Assembly: GCF_018977255.1 (NCBI RefSeq)
Contig: NW_024704742.1
Coordinates: 28,956,001-29,016,000, forward strand
From: Callorhinchus milii
Lineage: Eukaryota
Length of the DNA stretch: 60,000 nt
Direction: 5' to 3'
Part shown: one piece after another, positions 26,815-39,910 of the stretch
How positions within the stretch are numbered: the first letter of the stretch is position 1
How the letters are laid out: every line of letters starts with the position of its first letter
The notes under the pieces: generated by a model
Databases searched by the model: none
Seen by the model: the letters and a program-made list of their open reading frames with translations, nothing else
Told to the model about the DNA's origin: nothing
Program-made: the position numbers and the translations under genes

Positions 26815-27175
26815 TAAGCAGGGTCTCCTAGGAGCTGAACTGACTCCAAGGTGATTGAGCCAGCCCTTTCTGGTGGTCTTGATAGTCCAGTTCCTGAACC
26901 AGGTGGGTCCACAGTACTCCAGGCCACTGCTGATGACAGCACATACAGCCTGGCTCATCGGCAGGATCTGGAAAGGCAGACCAGCCAGTGGGGGCAGGGA
27001 GCCATCCCACTCAGCTCCTCTTAAGCCTGCAAGTCAAAGCCTGGGTGGGTAGGGTGGTCCTTCAATCCATTGCTGGAATTTCCATGCGTAGGTGGGATGC
27101 ATGGAATTCTTAGTTTGATTTGGATACTCTTAAGCATAGTGATGGGTTTCCGCATGTGTCAGACACCCAGCTACC
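26815..27175. repeat. Unclassified repeat X, internally deleted copy
   Basis: actccaaggtga, gttcctgaaccagg, ttccatgcgtaggtgggatgcatggaa and gatactcttaagcatagtgatgggtttcc. Confidence 0.8.
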
Positions 27176-28669
27176 AAAAACAATTGTGTCTTAAGAAAGG
27201 TTAAGAGGTTAGAAAACAAATCCTTCAGTCCAAAAATACACATTTTTCATTTTTTTTAATTTAATTTATTTTTTTATAAGTGTAAGCATTTAAAAGTTCT
27301 CACAATTTCCATTTAATCCTGCATTACAAAGTTTTTGGGGGGAGTGGAAGCAAAATGCAGTATTGGTCTGACAACTACCACACTACAGCTCTCATGTTAA
27401 CTTCTTTAGTCTTCATTTTTAACAATCTTTTACTCATGAAAATGTCGATGCACACAGAGGAAACCCTATTAATTTTGTTAGGACAAATTTATTGAGTCAA
27501 TATTTCTGGAAGCATTATTGATGAATGGGTTCTCAAGCAATGGAGAAATTATGATCAAGATTATTGTACACACAAAGTCTGTGCCCTTAAGAAAAGCATA
27601 TCATGTTTTTCCTGGCTGTTTTACATAGAATGACGGGAGGATAATTCAATGCAGGGCATCAAATATGGGTGTTCTTTTACAAGTCCGAAAGACTCATAAT
27701 TCACAAGGAATGAGTTATTTTGCCCTTTAACATGAGTGAAAGAAACCACATTTGACACTCGATTTTGACTATTCTTTACTCTGGTTATTTGTAATTGTTT
27801 GGGAAACAAAAATAACCTTTGTGTGCAATCTGTTTTTAAAATCTTTATTCCTATAACTTTTCAAACTTTTCGGTGAATCTGGCTGCTCAGCAGCATAAGC
27901 TTTGGTTAGTGCTATCATTATAATAGTAACAGTAAGCATCAAGCACTCCCAGGAAATAGTCAATAATGTGCCTACTCACTGAGATAGGGGGTAGACATGC
28001 TTCCATACTGGAGGATCTCTTGGCTGCCGCTAGCTGTGTCGTAGCTTGTAAGAAATTGTAGATAGCAGTTTTCCTCAGAAATACCCCATATCGGGAATAG
28101 TTTTTAAGACAATCTATTCTAGGATGGAAGGAATGAATGAACAACAATGAACTGTTTTGTAATAAATTGAAGATGAGTATAGAAACCTCTCCTGGGCACT
28201 AGAGTTAACACTGCACTTTTTACCTTTTCCATTTTCTTTTTTGGGATGAGACTGCTGGCCGCTAAATATTTAGTTGTTGAACACTTTCTCAAACAGCTTC
28301 CTGATTTCTACTGGATTCCCATCTTTAACCTTAACGGATTTGGGTTACTTAAAATTCCTTCCATTCTAGGAGAGCTTTTCTTCAAAATACTGCCATTTCT
28401 GACACGTGAAGAGGACAGTATTCCAATATACAATTTATTATAAGGCATAAAGGCAGATACGAGCTCTCTCTGCTCTAACAAAATGCCTTAGCCCTTGTAG
28501 GCCCCCTGTCTATTACTTTGGTGCACATGTTTTTTTCTCTCTATTTCCCTATACCCTTGGCCTCGCTGAGTAAGGTGAGCAAATTGCAGTGAGTTGTGAA
28601 CTGTGCTGCTCAGTCAGTCCAGTGATGAGATCTCTCATTCACAGAATTCCCAATGTTGCCTGGACTTGC

Positions 28670-29110
28670 ATTTGGCTTGGCAAGTTTATACAGTCAGCAG
28701 TGAGCATACAGAGCAGAAAGATTGTAGGTTTTGAACCCTGGTCCTGGCTGAGTTTGATAATATCAGTGGGGATGCTAAGATGATCTCAGTTAAGCAGGGA
28801 ATAATTAGCTAGGTTTCATGCACATCACTGTCCAGCTGGAAAGTGTGCATGTGTGTGTTGGATAAGGATGGAATCAGGCTTAGTTTTAATAATAAATAAT
28901 TCTTGCATTTGATATAGCGCCTTATCACATTGTTGAGGTGTCTCAAAGCACTTTGTAGAATATATTGTAAAGCGGATTGACTGTGTATTTTGTGGGCAAA
29001 GTATACCAATGTCTTTAATGTCCTACCCCCATCCATCATGGTGGAATAGTGTGCTAAAGTTCCCTATCAAAGCTCATACATGAACAGTGGCCACTGGGAT
29101 GTACCACCAA
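28670..29110 (+). mobile_element. LF-SINE-like element interrupted by an inverted SINE tail (~28888-29000)
   Basis: gctggaaagtgtgcatgtgtg..ggatggaatcaggct, then ggtggaatag..gctcatacatgaa..tggccact. Confidence 0.6.
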
Positions 29111-30039
29111 AGTGTCTGCAAAACATTGCCTATAAGGAAGCTAAAAAGAAGTTAAAACAATTTCAGCCTTGTGGGGTAACAGTCATAAATAAAGGAAAGT
29201 CTTTGAATGAAAATCTGGTGACTTGAAGCAGATCCATGCACATTCTAATGTATATAGTGTCACTTGTTAATATTAAAAAAACAAGCACTCTTATCAGAAT
29301 TTATCTTTCGTCTCTTCATTTGAACAAGAGCGCTCAGGAGAATCCTGGGTAATATTGGAATGGCCCAAGGATTAGACTTGCATCAATGTCCACCATGAGC
29401 AATTACCCCAGACACATTTCTAAAAGAAAATGAGTAAATAACTCTTAACTTCAGTGGCTGATATTGTCTATTACAGTGCTCTAGAAAACAATGAGACACA
29501 GAATTGGATTCTATTTATAGCCTTTTCATTCTTAAAGCTTGTAGTTGCTCTCCTGAGGATGAAAGTGCCATCTCCTCATGGTATCACAAGTCTGTAAGAA
29601 TTAAGGCCTTTAATGGTTAACTTAACTGTAGTCCAGTTAAGTTAAAGTCCCTAGATTCTGCCTATTATTAGGAACATAGGAACAAGAATAGATCATTCGG
29701 CAGATAAAGCCTCTCATGCCATTTTATTAAATCATGTCAGATCTTTCAATCCCATTTCCCTGACATTTCTGGATCGCTCTACACCAATGTGGTGAGTCAT
29801 CCCCTCTCTGGTCAGTTAATTCTGCTTGTTAACCTCCTTATCTCAAGGGAATATAACCCAGATTTACCGTCTCATAGTAAATCCCTTTATTCCAGGCATT
29901 AATTTGGTGAGTCATCACTGGCTTAATTGTTACCCTAATATTTGCCTTTATCCTCAGTTAATAAATGGTTCCTATTTTGCAGTCACCAAGTTGAAGAACA
30001 TTGTTTCTTGCAAAAAATCCAATGCAGCAAAGTTCAACA

Positions 30040-30375
30040 GATGGCTTAGCAAGCTTACTCGGTTAGTAGCTGAGCCATACAGAGAGACTGCACAATCCCA
30101 GTCTGTGCTGAGCTAGTAGATCTCAGCTAAGGTAGCAGTTGCGGCTCTATAATAAGCCTTAACGTCCTGTGGTAGGAAAGAGAAAATCAGCAGAGTTCTC
30201 AACTCCTGATCATTATCTACCAATTGCTGTTGGAAGATGCATATGCGTTGACATCAGATGAGAACAGGTGAGGATTTGGCTGTGATGCCTCCACAATAAA
30301 ATAGCCATCTGATATCGCCTGGCAAGGTTCACAGATGGACAATGTGGGCAAGATATTGGAGGGCACCCAGAACTT
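30040..30375 (+). mobile_element. LF-SINE-like ancient SINE
   Basis: gctgagccatacag..gtctgtgctgagctag.agatctcagct..gaaaatcagc..ctcctgatc..tggctgtgatgcc..aatagcc. Confidence 0.75.
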
Positions 30376-30582
30376 GTTCCTCAGTGAAAGAAAAAAAAGG
30401 TAAATGCTTCATGAAAGGATTACTTGGGGGCAAAATCAATAAAAGAAAGCAAGAAAATGCTCCCCGCCCTGTCCGCTCAACCATCGGCGGTCAAGCCTTC
30501 AGCCTTTTGTGCCTACCCTCTGGAACTCCATACCAAAGCCCCTCCGCCTCGTCCCCTCCCTTGCTTCCTTCAAGCACTGTCT

Positions 30583-31400
30583 TAAGACAGATGAATTTCA
30601 ATGTGGAGAAATGCGAGGTAATGCATTTTCGTAGAAAGAATGAGGGGGGGCAATACAGGCTGGTAATACAATCTTAAGGGGGTTGAAAGAACAGAGAGAT
30701 CTGGGGGTTCAGGTAAATGAATCCTTGAAGGTGGCAGGATGGGTAGATAAAGCTGTAAAAAGGGCATATGGGATACTAGACTTTATAAATAGAGGCATAG
30801 AGTACGAGAGTCAGGAGGTTATGATTAACCTATATAAAACACTGGTTAGGCATCAGTTAGAATACTGCACCCAGTTCTGGGCACCACACTATAGGAAGGA
30901 TGTTAAGGCATTGGAAAGGGTGCAGAGGAGATTTACGAGGATGGTACCAGGAATGAGGGACCTTGACTATGAGGAAAGGCTAGAGAGGCCGGGATTATTC
31001 TCTTTGGAGCAGAGAAGGTTACGAGGAGACCTAATAGAGGTCTTCAAAATCATGAGGGATTTGATAGGTTAGAAAGGGAAAAACTGTTTCCACTGGTGGG
31101 TGTGCCAGTGACTCCAGGTCACATATTTAAAATAGTCTCTAAAAGAAGCAGAGGGTTGGTGAGAAGAAATTTTTTCACGCAGCGAGTTGTTCGAATCTGA
31201 AACACATTGCCTGAAAGGGTGGTCGAGGCTGATTCAATAACAACTTTTAAAAACGCAGTGAATGGATATTTGAGGAGGATGGGTCTGCAGGGTTATGGGG
31301 AAAGGGCTAGGGAGTGGGATTGACGTTACATTGCTCTTTTCAAAGAGCCGGCACAGACTCGATGGGCCGAATGGCCTCTTTTTGTGCTATACGATTCTAT
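30583..31400 (+). mobile_element. CR1 LINE 3' ~0.8 kb, inserted into an L2 tail (30460-30580 and 31405-31582)
   Basis: QMNFNVEKCEVMHF and LYKTLVRHQLEYCTQFWAPHYRKDVKALERVQRRFTRMVPGM..LFSLEQRRLRGDLIEVFKIM, the classic CR1 ORF2 C-terminus, frameshifted. Confidence 0.93.
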
Positions 31401-32373
31401 GCAGACCTTCCTCTTTGACCATGCCTTTAGTCATCATCCAAACTTCCACCCCCAACCCCTTGCCATCCACCCCTCTTGACTCCAGCCCCCAGCTTGGATA
31501 CAAACGTTCATTGTCCAGCACCTTGGGACGTCCTCCCAATGTCAAAGGTGCTATATAAATGTAATTTGTTATTGTTGTTATTATACAGAATCTGTGCTGA
31601 AATTCTAATGAGAAATCCAATTAGCAGCAGGCTTGCACAAAGCGATTTTATTTAAATATGATTTATGGGTCGTTGAGTAGGTTCCTAGACATGACCAACA
31701 CCCTTGTTCAGGTAAAATTAATAGCAATAATAATAGCAACCCTTCCATTTGATTCAGTGCTTTCTCACATTGTCAAGACATGCCAAAGCATTTTGCACAA
31801 TTTTACTGTGAAGTGTGGTGGCTTTGTATTTTGTGGGCAATCATTATTGATGTACTAAATAACTTGGCTCAGGAACCAATGCGCCCAGATTAAATAATAT
31901 ATATTCATGCATTTGATATAGCGCACATCATCGAAAGGTCTGAAAGTGCTTCACATTGTTAAGTGCAGCAAACAAGTATGATCAATTATCCAGAGAATTT
32001 TTGGCCAGGACATTCTTTTCTCTTTTCAAATAGTGCCATGGGATTTAACAACGCATTCCAAAGAATGGCCCTCCAAAAATGCAACAGAATATACTGTAAA
32101 GTGAATTACCTGGTACGTTGCATTGGTGTGTCAGCCGAGACAATGAGAACAAATTCCAGACATGGAGGTTGAATCCACAATCTTCTGACTTGGAGGCAAG
32201 AGTGTTACCAGCTGAGCCAGGCTGGCAATATGACTGACACCATCACTGTTTGCCAGGAGTCTCTGGTCAAAGCACAGACGAGCCTCTTCAACAGTGTGTC
32301 AATATATGGACATGTGAAGGGTTAAATTGCAAAAGATTTAATTCAGAAAATGATAATTAAGCAAAACTAAAAG

Positions 32374-33387
32374 ATAATAATAATCCTTGCATTTGATATA
32401 GCGGCTTGCCAGGTCCATGAGATGTCTCAAAACGCTTCACAGAATATACAGAATATACTGTAAAGTGAATTGACTATATATTTTGTGGGCGAAACGCAGC
32501 TGCCAATTGTGCACAGGAATGTCCCACAAACAGTCGTGGATTGAGTGATCAAAGTATTTATTTATTTTTTATTATTTATTTATTTTTTATTATTTATTGT
32601 TTATTCATTTGTTTTATTATTTACTTACTTTTGAAGGAATTATCACCCCCAGAAAAGCAATCCACCAATCAACTAACAACCGGGCTCCTTCATTTTTGTT
32701 TTGTTTCCTCCATTCAGCATTCAGCATTTGGCGTCTTGGGACGTCCTCCTGATGTGAAATGTGCAATACAAATGTAATTTGCTGTTGTTATTGTATATTT
32801 CCTGCACATTCTCTGTATTTCCTGCATTTATTATTATTATTTATTATTATTATTATTTAATAAAATTGAGCCAGGGAGTCTTATTGTTTAGCATAGCTTA
32901 GTGGTTACAGCACTTGCTTCGCAAGCAAGAGGACCTTGGTTCGATTCCTGGGCAGGACGAAACATTGGGCAAGTTTTCTTACTCCACACGCCTCTGTTTA
33001 CCTAGCAGTCAGAGCAACCCTGTTGTTAGTCAATTGGCGGATTGCTTTTCCGGGGTTAACAATTCCTTCAAAATTACAAAAAATAATAATAATTTGGTCA
33101 CTCAATCCACAATGATTTGTGGGACACTGCTGTGCACAATTGGCTGCCGTGTTTCCCGCACAAAATATACAGTCAATTCACTTTACAATATATTTTGTGA
33201 AGCACTTTGAGACTTCTCAAAGACATGATGAGGCACTATACCAAATGCAAGGATTATTATTACTGCTAGATAAACAGAAGCGTGTGGAGTAGGGAAACTT
33301 GCCTAATATTTTGCCCTGCCTGGGAATCAAATCCAGGTCCTCTCACTTGCGAGGCGAGTGATCTAATCAATATGCTACAGAACTCCA
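32374..33387 (-). mobile_element. Long-subfamily SINE split by nested insertions
   Basis: The 3' part (32374-32690) and the head (33261-33387) are contiguous in the consensus. They are separated by an L2-like tail and a + strand SINE. Confidence 0.8.
32875..33260 (+). mobile_element. tRNA SINE, long subfamily
   Basis: Same architecture as 3946-4318. Confidence 0.88.
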
Positions 33388-34644
33388 CGATATAACCCTC
33401 TTCTTTATTAACACTGATAACTACAGATTCACTGCATTAGGGGTGCTATCAATGTTAATAAAGAAGAAGGTTGTGCTGTGTTGTGTTAGTGTCTGCTCCC
33501 AAATATATATGAACGTTAAGTAAAGAACACCCCGTACAACACAGTGTGAACTTTTCCATTTCCCACATTAGCGAGACGTCTCTGACTGAGAAATGTGAGT
33601 TTGATCAGATCAATACTGGGCAATGGGTCCACAACCAATAGAAACTTTTTTTGAAAGACGGTCTGGACTTGTTCTGCATCTGTACATCTGTCAGCGAGCA
33701 AGGAAGACTTCAATCCTATTAAAGTTACATGGTTTTAAATCCAGGCCTGCAGAGGTCAAGAAGCAATGTGCTAAACCAGCCACAGCACTGCCCAATCTCA
33801 AAGTACAGCAAGTAGGTTTGCTGTACATTTTCACCTGATCCTTCATCTGATGTGTTGTAGATTAAATAGAAGAGCCACGCGGAACGCTCTGTACTGTTAC
33901 CTTTTCCATTAGGAGCTTTTCCATTTAGTGCAAGTTCTGTCAGTGCTGTGGAAGCAAAAGCTACTGAGCGAAACTCATTTATGAGCTGTCCGCCCAAACC
34001 TAATTATTACAAACCTGTGGCAACTAGCAATGTGGATCTTCTTGTCAAGGGTCAGCCTCTCTGAGGTCTGAGCTCTACTGCTTTCTTTAATAGAGTTTCA
34101 GGCAAACTCCAGTTCTAATGAGAGATTAGAAGCAACAGAGGTCCTTCTGTAATAAAGTGCTCTGTCTCCATTTGGACAGCCATGACTGCGATATTCAGAG
34201 GTAATTACTCCCTTACAGGGAACACGGAGTATTATTGGCATAACCTGGATTTAACAAGGCAAAATTCATAGCATGGCAACTTTGAAAAAAAAACACTTAT
34301 TTAAATTTGAATCAAACTCTTCACAGCGAGCAAACCGATCATCTTTGCTATAAAACCGTTAACCCATCGTGGGCAAAGGCTTTGTTTCAGCACTGAGGTG
34401 AAATAAATTGAGATTTTGTTTCTCACAATATTTATTCCCAAGACATTGCTCCCCAAGAAAGGTTCTGCAGCACTGTAATAACCATAATAATCCTGCTGTT
34501 ATTCCTGTTCACCCTTTCAGCTCTGCGAGTTCATCTTATTGCACGGAACAGGCAGCCAACGCCCAAAGTTCCATTCAACAGTAATAGTGACTGAAGATTG
34601 CATTGAATTGTGAAAAATTCTAATGCCCAGTCTTAATTTGGAGC

Positions 34645-34900
34645 TTTCAGACTCTCTCCCCACCTTTGGAAACTCCATCCCACAGTCCCTTCACCTCGCT
34701 CCCTCCCTTGCCTCCTTCAAGAACTGTCTCAAGACCCTCCTCTTCGACCATGCCTTTGGTTACCTTCCTACCCCTACCCTCCGTGCCCTCCACCCTCCTA
34801 ATCCCAACCCCCAGCTTGGGTCCAAATCCCTAACTGTCCAGCACCTTGGAACTTCCTCCCAGCATGAAAGGTACTATACAAATGCAATTTGTTGTTGTTT
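34645..34900 (+). mobile_element. L2 LINE 3' end
   Basis: NSIPQSLHLAPSLASFKNCLKTLLF, followed by a tail ending ttgttgttg. Confidence 0.85.
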
Positions 34901-35499
34901 CAAAACAAGGTCTATCGGCTGGCCTTAATAGTGAGTTTCTGTTGTATTTCTAAGTAACCACCAAATCTTTCTCTCTCTGATGATGCACTCTCTTCAAAGT
35001 CATTTTCTTTCCTTTCTCATCTAGATCTCTGTCTGTAGCTTGTGTTATCCTCAGCAGACAAAGCTAGTGAGATCCCTGATATGCCCCAGTCACCACTTTA
35101 AATTGGTCAAGGCAGCCTGGCATCATTTGTCCTGCAATTTTCTCACAATTCATTCCGCCCACCCCCAGTCCTCTCTCTCTCTTGGGAAATCCACAGCCTC
35201 CTTTCTCTCAATGCATCTCTGAGCAGGTTGCTTGGCTGCAAGATCAGGAACACAACATTTGGAGATGGATCCTCAGCAAGGCAGTAGGTCTGAAATTGCA
35301 ACACAGTTGGAACAAAAGAACTAAAACTGAAATCTCTCTAATGAGTCCTTTAAGGTGTTGTGTGCACAAGTAAGCACAGCAGCACATCCAGGGAATAAAT
35401 CAGTGCCTGAATCAACTCATTTTTTAAATTGTTCTATGTTCAGTGTTTAAGACATGCAAGGATGCTGATCCGTGGCAGTCCATTGAGAGCCTCACAGTG

Positions 35500-36125
35500 A
35501 CAGACCTGTTGTGGAGTTCAGCTGAGCACCTCTCCTCCTTGGGACAGGGTGTCCTTGGAGCTGAGCTGGCTCCAAGGTGACATGTTTGGCAATGGAATGT
35601 CGGAATCTCATTAACCCTCTGTGGCAGTCTCGGTAATCCATTTCCTGAGCCAGGCAGGTTTGCAGTACTCCAGGGCTTTGCTGATGACAAACCAGCCAGG
35701 TGGCTCGTCGGTAGGACTTGGAAGGGCATATCAGTCACTGGCAGCAAAGTTGTTCCCACTCAGCTCTTATTAATTCTGCAAGCTAAAGCCCTAAGGGATA
35801 GGGTGGTCCTAGCTGAATAAGCAGCGGGAAAGCTTGCCAGGCAGTGCTCTCAATCTTAGGCTTTGCAATTTTAGCTGGTTAAACTCCAGAAGTACCCCAA
35901 AACACACTCTGGGGTCCCCAAAACTTAGCTCTCACCAACCTACATGTAATGTTCTCTGGAATTAGGTAAGCAAGGTGTGTCCCTTTGGGGAGTGAGGGTC
36001 CACTCCATTCTGGGCATAGGGAAATCTCCATGTCTCGGTGTCATACATATGTAGAACTCTGATTTGGATACTCTTAAACATGGTGATGGGTTTCTAGAAG
36101 TGTCAATCACACCGCAGGACCAAAA
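35500..36125. repeat. Unclassified repeat X, near-complete copy
   Basis: Collinear with 500-1075 over about 600 bp. Confidence 0.8.
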
Positions 36126-36871
36126 TATACTCATCCATCCTTGAAGCTCAAACATGCCAAGTGTCAAGGGGGCTGCAGACTTTGGAAGGAAATTAGAAAT
36201 TTCCCTCCTCACAGATGCAAGAAAACTTACCACAAGTGTTTTCACAAATGATGTAAGTGAAGTGAGTTACATTGAGAGCTCTTCCCCTGCAAGAGCAGTG
36301 AGATTACGTTAAGAGCTCTTCCCCTGCAGGAGCACTCGGCCTTTAACACTGTGAGCAGCACACTCAGCCTCTGCCACCAATTTCAAAGAGTGCCCTTGAT
36401 GTCGGCCATTAACTTGAAAACACTGAATATTTTCAGTCAGATAATGTCGGCAGCAGACAGATTCTGTGCATTTCAAATGCAGGATATTCTGAGATCTGAA
36501 TGGAAGAAATAGCTGGAAAATATTCCACATGTAGGAAATTCTATGAATAATTATAGAATATCAATGGCAATTACAAGAAGTAATCCAAGGGATTTCTGAT
36601 AAATTTATGAACATTGAGAGCTAAGAATGATTGGTTCATTAGTGTCGGTAGAAACCTGAAGATTAACACACTGCCTTGATTTTGCTGCTGGTTGTTTAGA
36701 TTTCATTTCCTTTCTCTCCCATTTTATCCCAAGGTTTCCTCTCTTGTTGACAGTCAATCACCCACACTCGGTATGCTACCATTCAGTCCTGCAGTCTTTG
36801 CCCAGAGAAAGATTTTTTTCATATGAATCTAGGCAGAGACTGTAAGCGAGGTGTTCACATGGAACAGAATA

Positions 36872-37197
36872 AAGAATAATTCTTACACTTGATATGGCAC
36901 CTTTCATATCGGGAGGACATTTCAAAGTGTTTCACAGGATACTGTAAACAAAGTATACTGATACTGTAAAGTGTAGTGACTGTATATGTTGCCAGAGCAA
37001 TTTGCACACAGCAATGTCCCACAATTAAATGATTGCCTAATTTTATTTCGGAGGATTGTTGGCCAGGGCATTGGAGGAAAGTCCCTTCTCCTTTTGAATA
37101 GCGCAAGTCCACCTTTTTAACGTTCATCTGAACAGGCATGTGGGTACTCATTGTGATGTCTCATCCGACATGAGGCTTGAATCCACAATCTTCTGAC
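36872..37197 (-). mobile_element. DeuSINE with an internal deletion
   Basis: SINE tail, gttcatctgaacaggc, and head tgaatccacaatcttctgac. Confidence 0.75.
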
Positions 37198-37586
37198 CTC
37201 CTCGGTGCTCTCCATAAGATGTATTTCAGACAATAGTGGGTGGGGAAAGGGAGACTTTTTTTTCATAAATTCCTCCTTTTAACTTGACTTTGAAGAGTTG
37301 GTTTTGTGTCTCAATTGGACAGTGACATGAGGGTAAGTACGACTTGGAGCTACCTTTATGGGCGACATGGGGGAAGGGGACCTAAAATGCGCTATTAGCA
37401 AACAAATCTGCAAATTCCAACTATCTCCAGAAATGTGGTGGTCTGAGCACTTTGTAACCCCTTTCGCATTTGGAGGACTTCTCAGAGTACTTCACAGAAG
37501 GTACTGTAAAGTAGAGTTGACTGTATGTTAGTGGACAAACGCCCACTTAATAAAAGGCAGTACTTATATTGTCTTTATTTTCCTAG

Positions 37587-37712
37587 CCTTGGTGATGTTC
37601 ATTAACAGTATGAGTGTCAGCTGGACTGCAAGGCTACAGATCTTTCTCACCTTCTGCAAACTTGCTGCCATTTTAATAATGGTCATACCTGGAATGATAC
37701 AATTATTTAAAG
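37587..37712 (+). CDS. slc7a11: xCT exon 4 equivalent (126 bp)
   Basis: tttattttcctAG|CC TTG GTG...TTT AAA G|GTgagc. Encodes [42 protein letters not shown]. Absent from the supplied ORF track. Confidence 0.96.
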
Positions 37713-37896
37713 GTGAGCAATACTAAACTAAACATAAATTGTGCTACAATACCAAAATATAAATTATATCCCTGTACTTTATTTACATATAGTTACATTT
37801 CCTGCATCGTATAAAAATAGTACAATGTGTTTTTCTTTCTTTGAGATTGTTTGTTATGTAAAAATAATTTCAGTCTCTGTGTTTAGAATTTAAGAG

Positions 37897-38087
37897 CTAA
37901 TAATCCCTTCAAAAAAGAAAAATGAAAAAAATTGAGTCACTCAATCCACGACTGTTTGTGGGACACTGCTGTGTGCAATTGGCTGCCAAGTCTCACCCAC
38001 AAAATATAGTCCATCCTCTTCACAGTATATTCTGTGAAGTGCTATGATGTGATAAGACGCTAAATCAAATAAGGATTATTATTATTT
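37897..38087 (+). mobile_element. 5'-truncated tRNA SINE in intron 4
   Basis: aatccacgactgtttgtgggacactgctgtg..aaggattattattatt. Confidence 0.85.
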
Positions 38088-38702
38088 AGCTTTGTTCTCA
38101 TATAATGAAAATATCATGACTTTCTCTCTGCCCACTCCCATTAATTTTATCCTTACTCTGGTATTTGTTGGAATACCACAAACTCTGCATGGCCTCTGCC
38201 TTCCCAAGAGGCCATTCTTTATGTGTGAGCCAGACAGTGAGGGTCAGCAACTATTTGACAGATAGGGGAAACATCAAAGCTGACCTTGATCCTGTCCTTA
38301 CGTGGAACCCGAAATTTCCTGTCATTTTAGCCTGTAAGAACATTTCATTTTAGCAAATGGCAGAATTCTGGAAAATAATTAAATTCAGTCTTAATCTGGA
38401 AGTCAGTTTTGCATTTTCAGTTCTTAAAAAGAACTATCTTTGAAGCTAAGGCAGAATTTAAGAATTTTTCACAGTTCTGCACAAACCTTTAGCTTAAAAC
38501 ATTGATTAATTAATCTAAAATTTTAAATTTTAAAATAAAATAACCTGACAGTTTAAGACTAGGTGGATTTTGGGGCTTCTGACATCCATACATGTGCGTT
38601 TGCCATCAGATGTCACTGAGAAAGTCATGATATTTTCATTATATGAGAACAAAGCTAAATAATAATAATCCTGATTTGATTTAGCGTCTTATCACATCAT
38701 AG
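38042..38702. repeat. Inverted repeat with 85-bp arms (38042-38126 / 38618-38702)
   Basis: The arms are reverse complements with 1 mismatch, read directly from the sequence. Confidence 0.95.
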
Positions 38703-38979
38703 GAGAGGAATACTGGCTGATATTTTACTCCATTTACTGATTGATCATTATTGACAATTAGGGCAGACTTCAAAGTCTTTGCCTTCCAAATTAGGACATG
38801 ACTGTTAAGAACCATCATGGCTTTACTTAATTTCAATAAGTTACTTCCAAAGACACAGGCTTTAAACATTGCAAATATTCTCCTTCTTGTCATCCAGATC
38901 ATTTCTTTGTGTCTGCTTCTGTAATAACAGTATTGACATTGCCGGCGATGCTTATTTCGCTTTTCCTTATGTGCCACAG

Positions 38980-39079
38980 GAGAGACGCAAAACTTTAAGG
39001 AATCATTTAGTGTGACAGATGTTAGCATTACAGGATTGCCCCTGGCTTTCTATTCTGGGTTGTATGCTTATGCAGGATG
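38980..39079 (+). CDS. slc7a11: xCT exon 5 equivalent (100 bp)
   Basis: gtgccacAG|GA GAG ACG...GGA TG|GTaagt. Encodes [34 protein letters not shown]. Confidence 0.96.
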
Positions 39080-39594
39080 GTAAGTGCCCTCCCTCCTTCA
39101 CCGACTACCCCATGAAAAAATGAATGCACAGAAATCGAAAGGTAATGTAGCTAACCTGTTTATCTGAGTTTTGATTTCAACTTTGGGTTAGCAGCTTTTT
39201 AATCAAACTGTCCACCTGCACCCTATCCATGATCCAAAATCCAAAATCACAGGCCGTTGCCATTGAGAATAGCATTGGGGTGGGCCTACCTTCTGCACAT
39301 CACAGTGCATTTGACGTAGCAAATATCAAATGTACCTTAGAATACACCACAGCTGCTGCCACAAGATTGGTTTAAATGAAGAAGGCCCTTCGGCCCATCC
39401 AATCTCATCCCTCCAGAACTCCACCACTGATTTAAGCTGCTCTTTAATGTCCTGGTCTCTACCATCTTTCCTGCCACTCATTAATTACCCTCTGGTTAAA
39501 GAAACACATCCTGGTATCTCTCTTGAAATCGCCCTTTACAACTGTAAGCCCTTGTTGTTTTATTCTGTTGACTCTATATTTTTTGGGCTAAACA

Positions 39595-39910
39595 TGGCAG
39601 CCAGTTGCAAACAACAATGTCCTACAAACAGCCATGGAGTGAGTGACCAATTTTATTTGGGGCTTGTTGGCCCAAACACTGGGAGAAACTCCCTTCTCTT
39701 TTCAAGTAGTCCCAAAGGATTTTTAATGTCTACCTGAACAAGCAGACAGGGCCTCATCTCATCTGGAGGACAGCACCTCTAACAAAATAACACACCCCCA
39801 GCACTGCATTCGAGTGTCAATTTAGACTGTGTGATTCGATGTCCTGACGTGGGGCTTAAACCCATAATCTTCTGACTCAGATTGAGTGTGCTACCAATGG
39901 ACCACACTGA
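39595..39910 (-). mobile_element. DeuSINE
   Basis: Similar to 10330-10665. Confidence 0.78.

Noticed and set aside
30683..31072. 129-aa ORF as a host gene
   Set aside because: It is a frameshifted, 5'-truncated CR1 ORF2 C-terminus.
35675..35730. Hammerhead ribozyme core in repeat X (ctgatga)
   Set aside because: No correctly placed GAAA or stem II/III, and CTGATGA is not kept in all copies.
36275..36333. 23-bp direct repeat agagctcttcccctgca(a/g)gagca with a 13-nt spacer, as a CRISPR-like array
   Set aside because: Only two units in a vertebrate intron; an ordinary local duplication.
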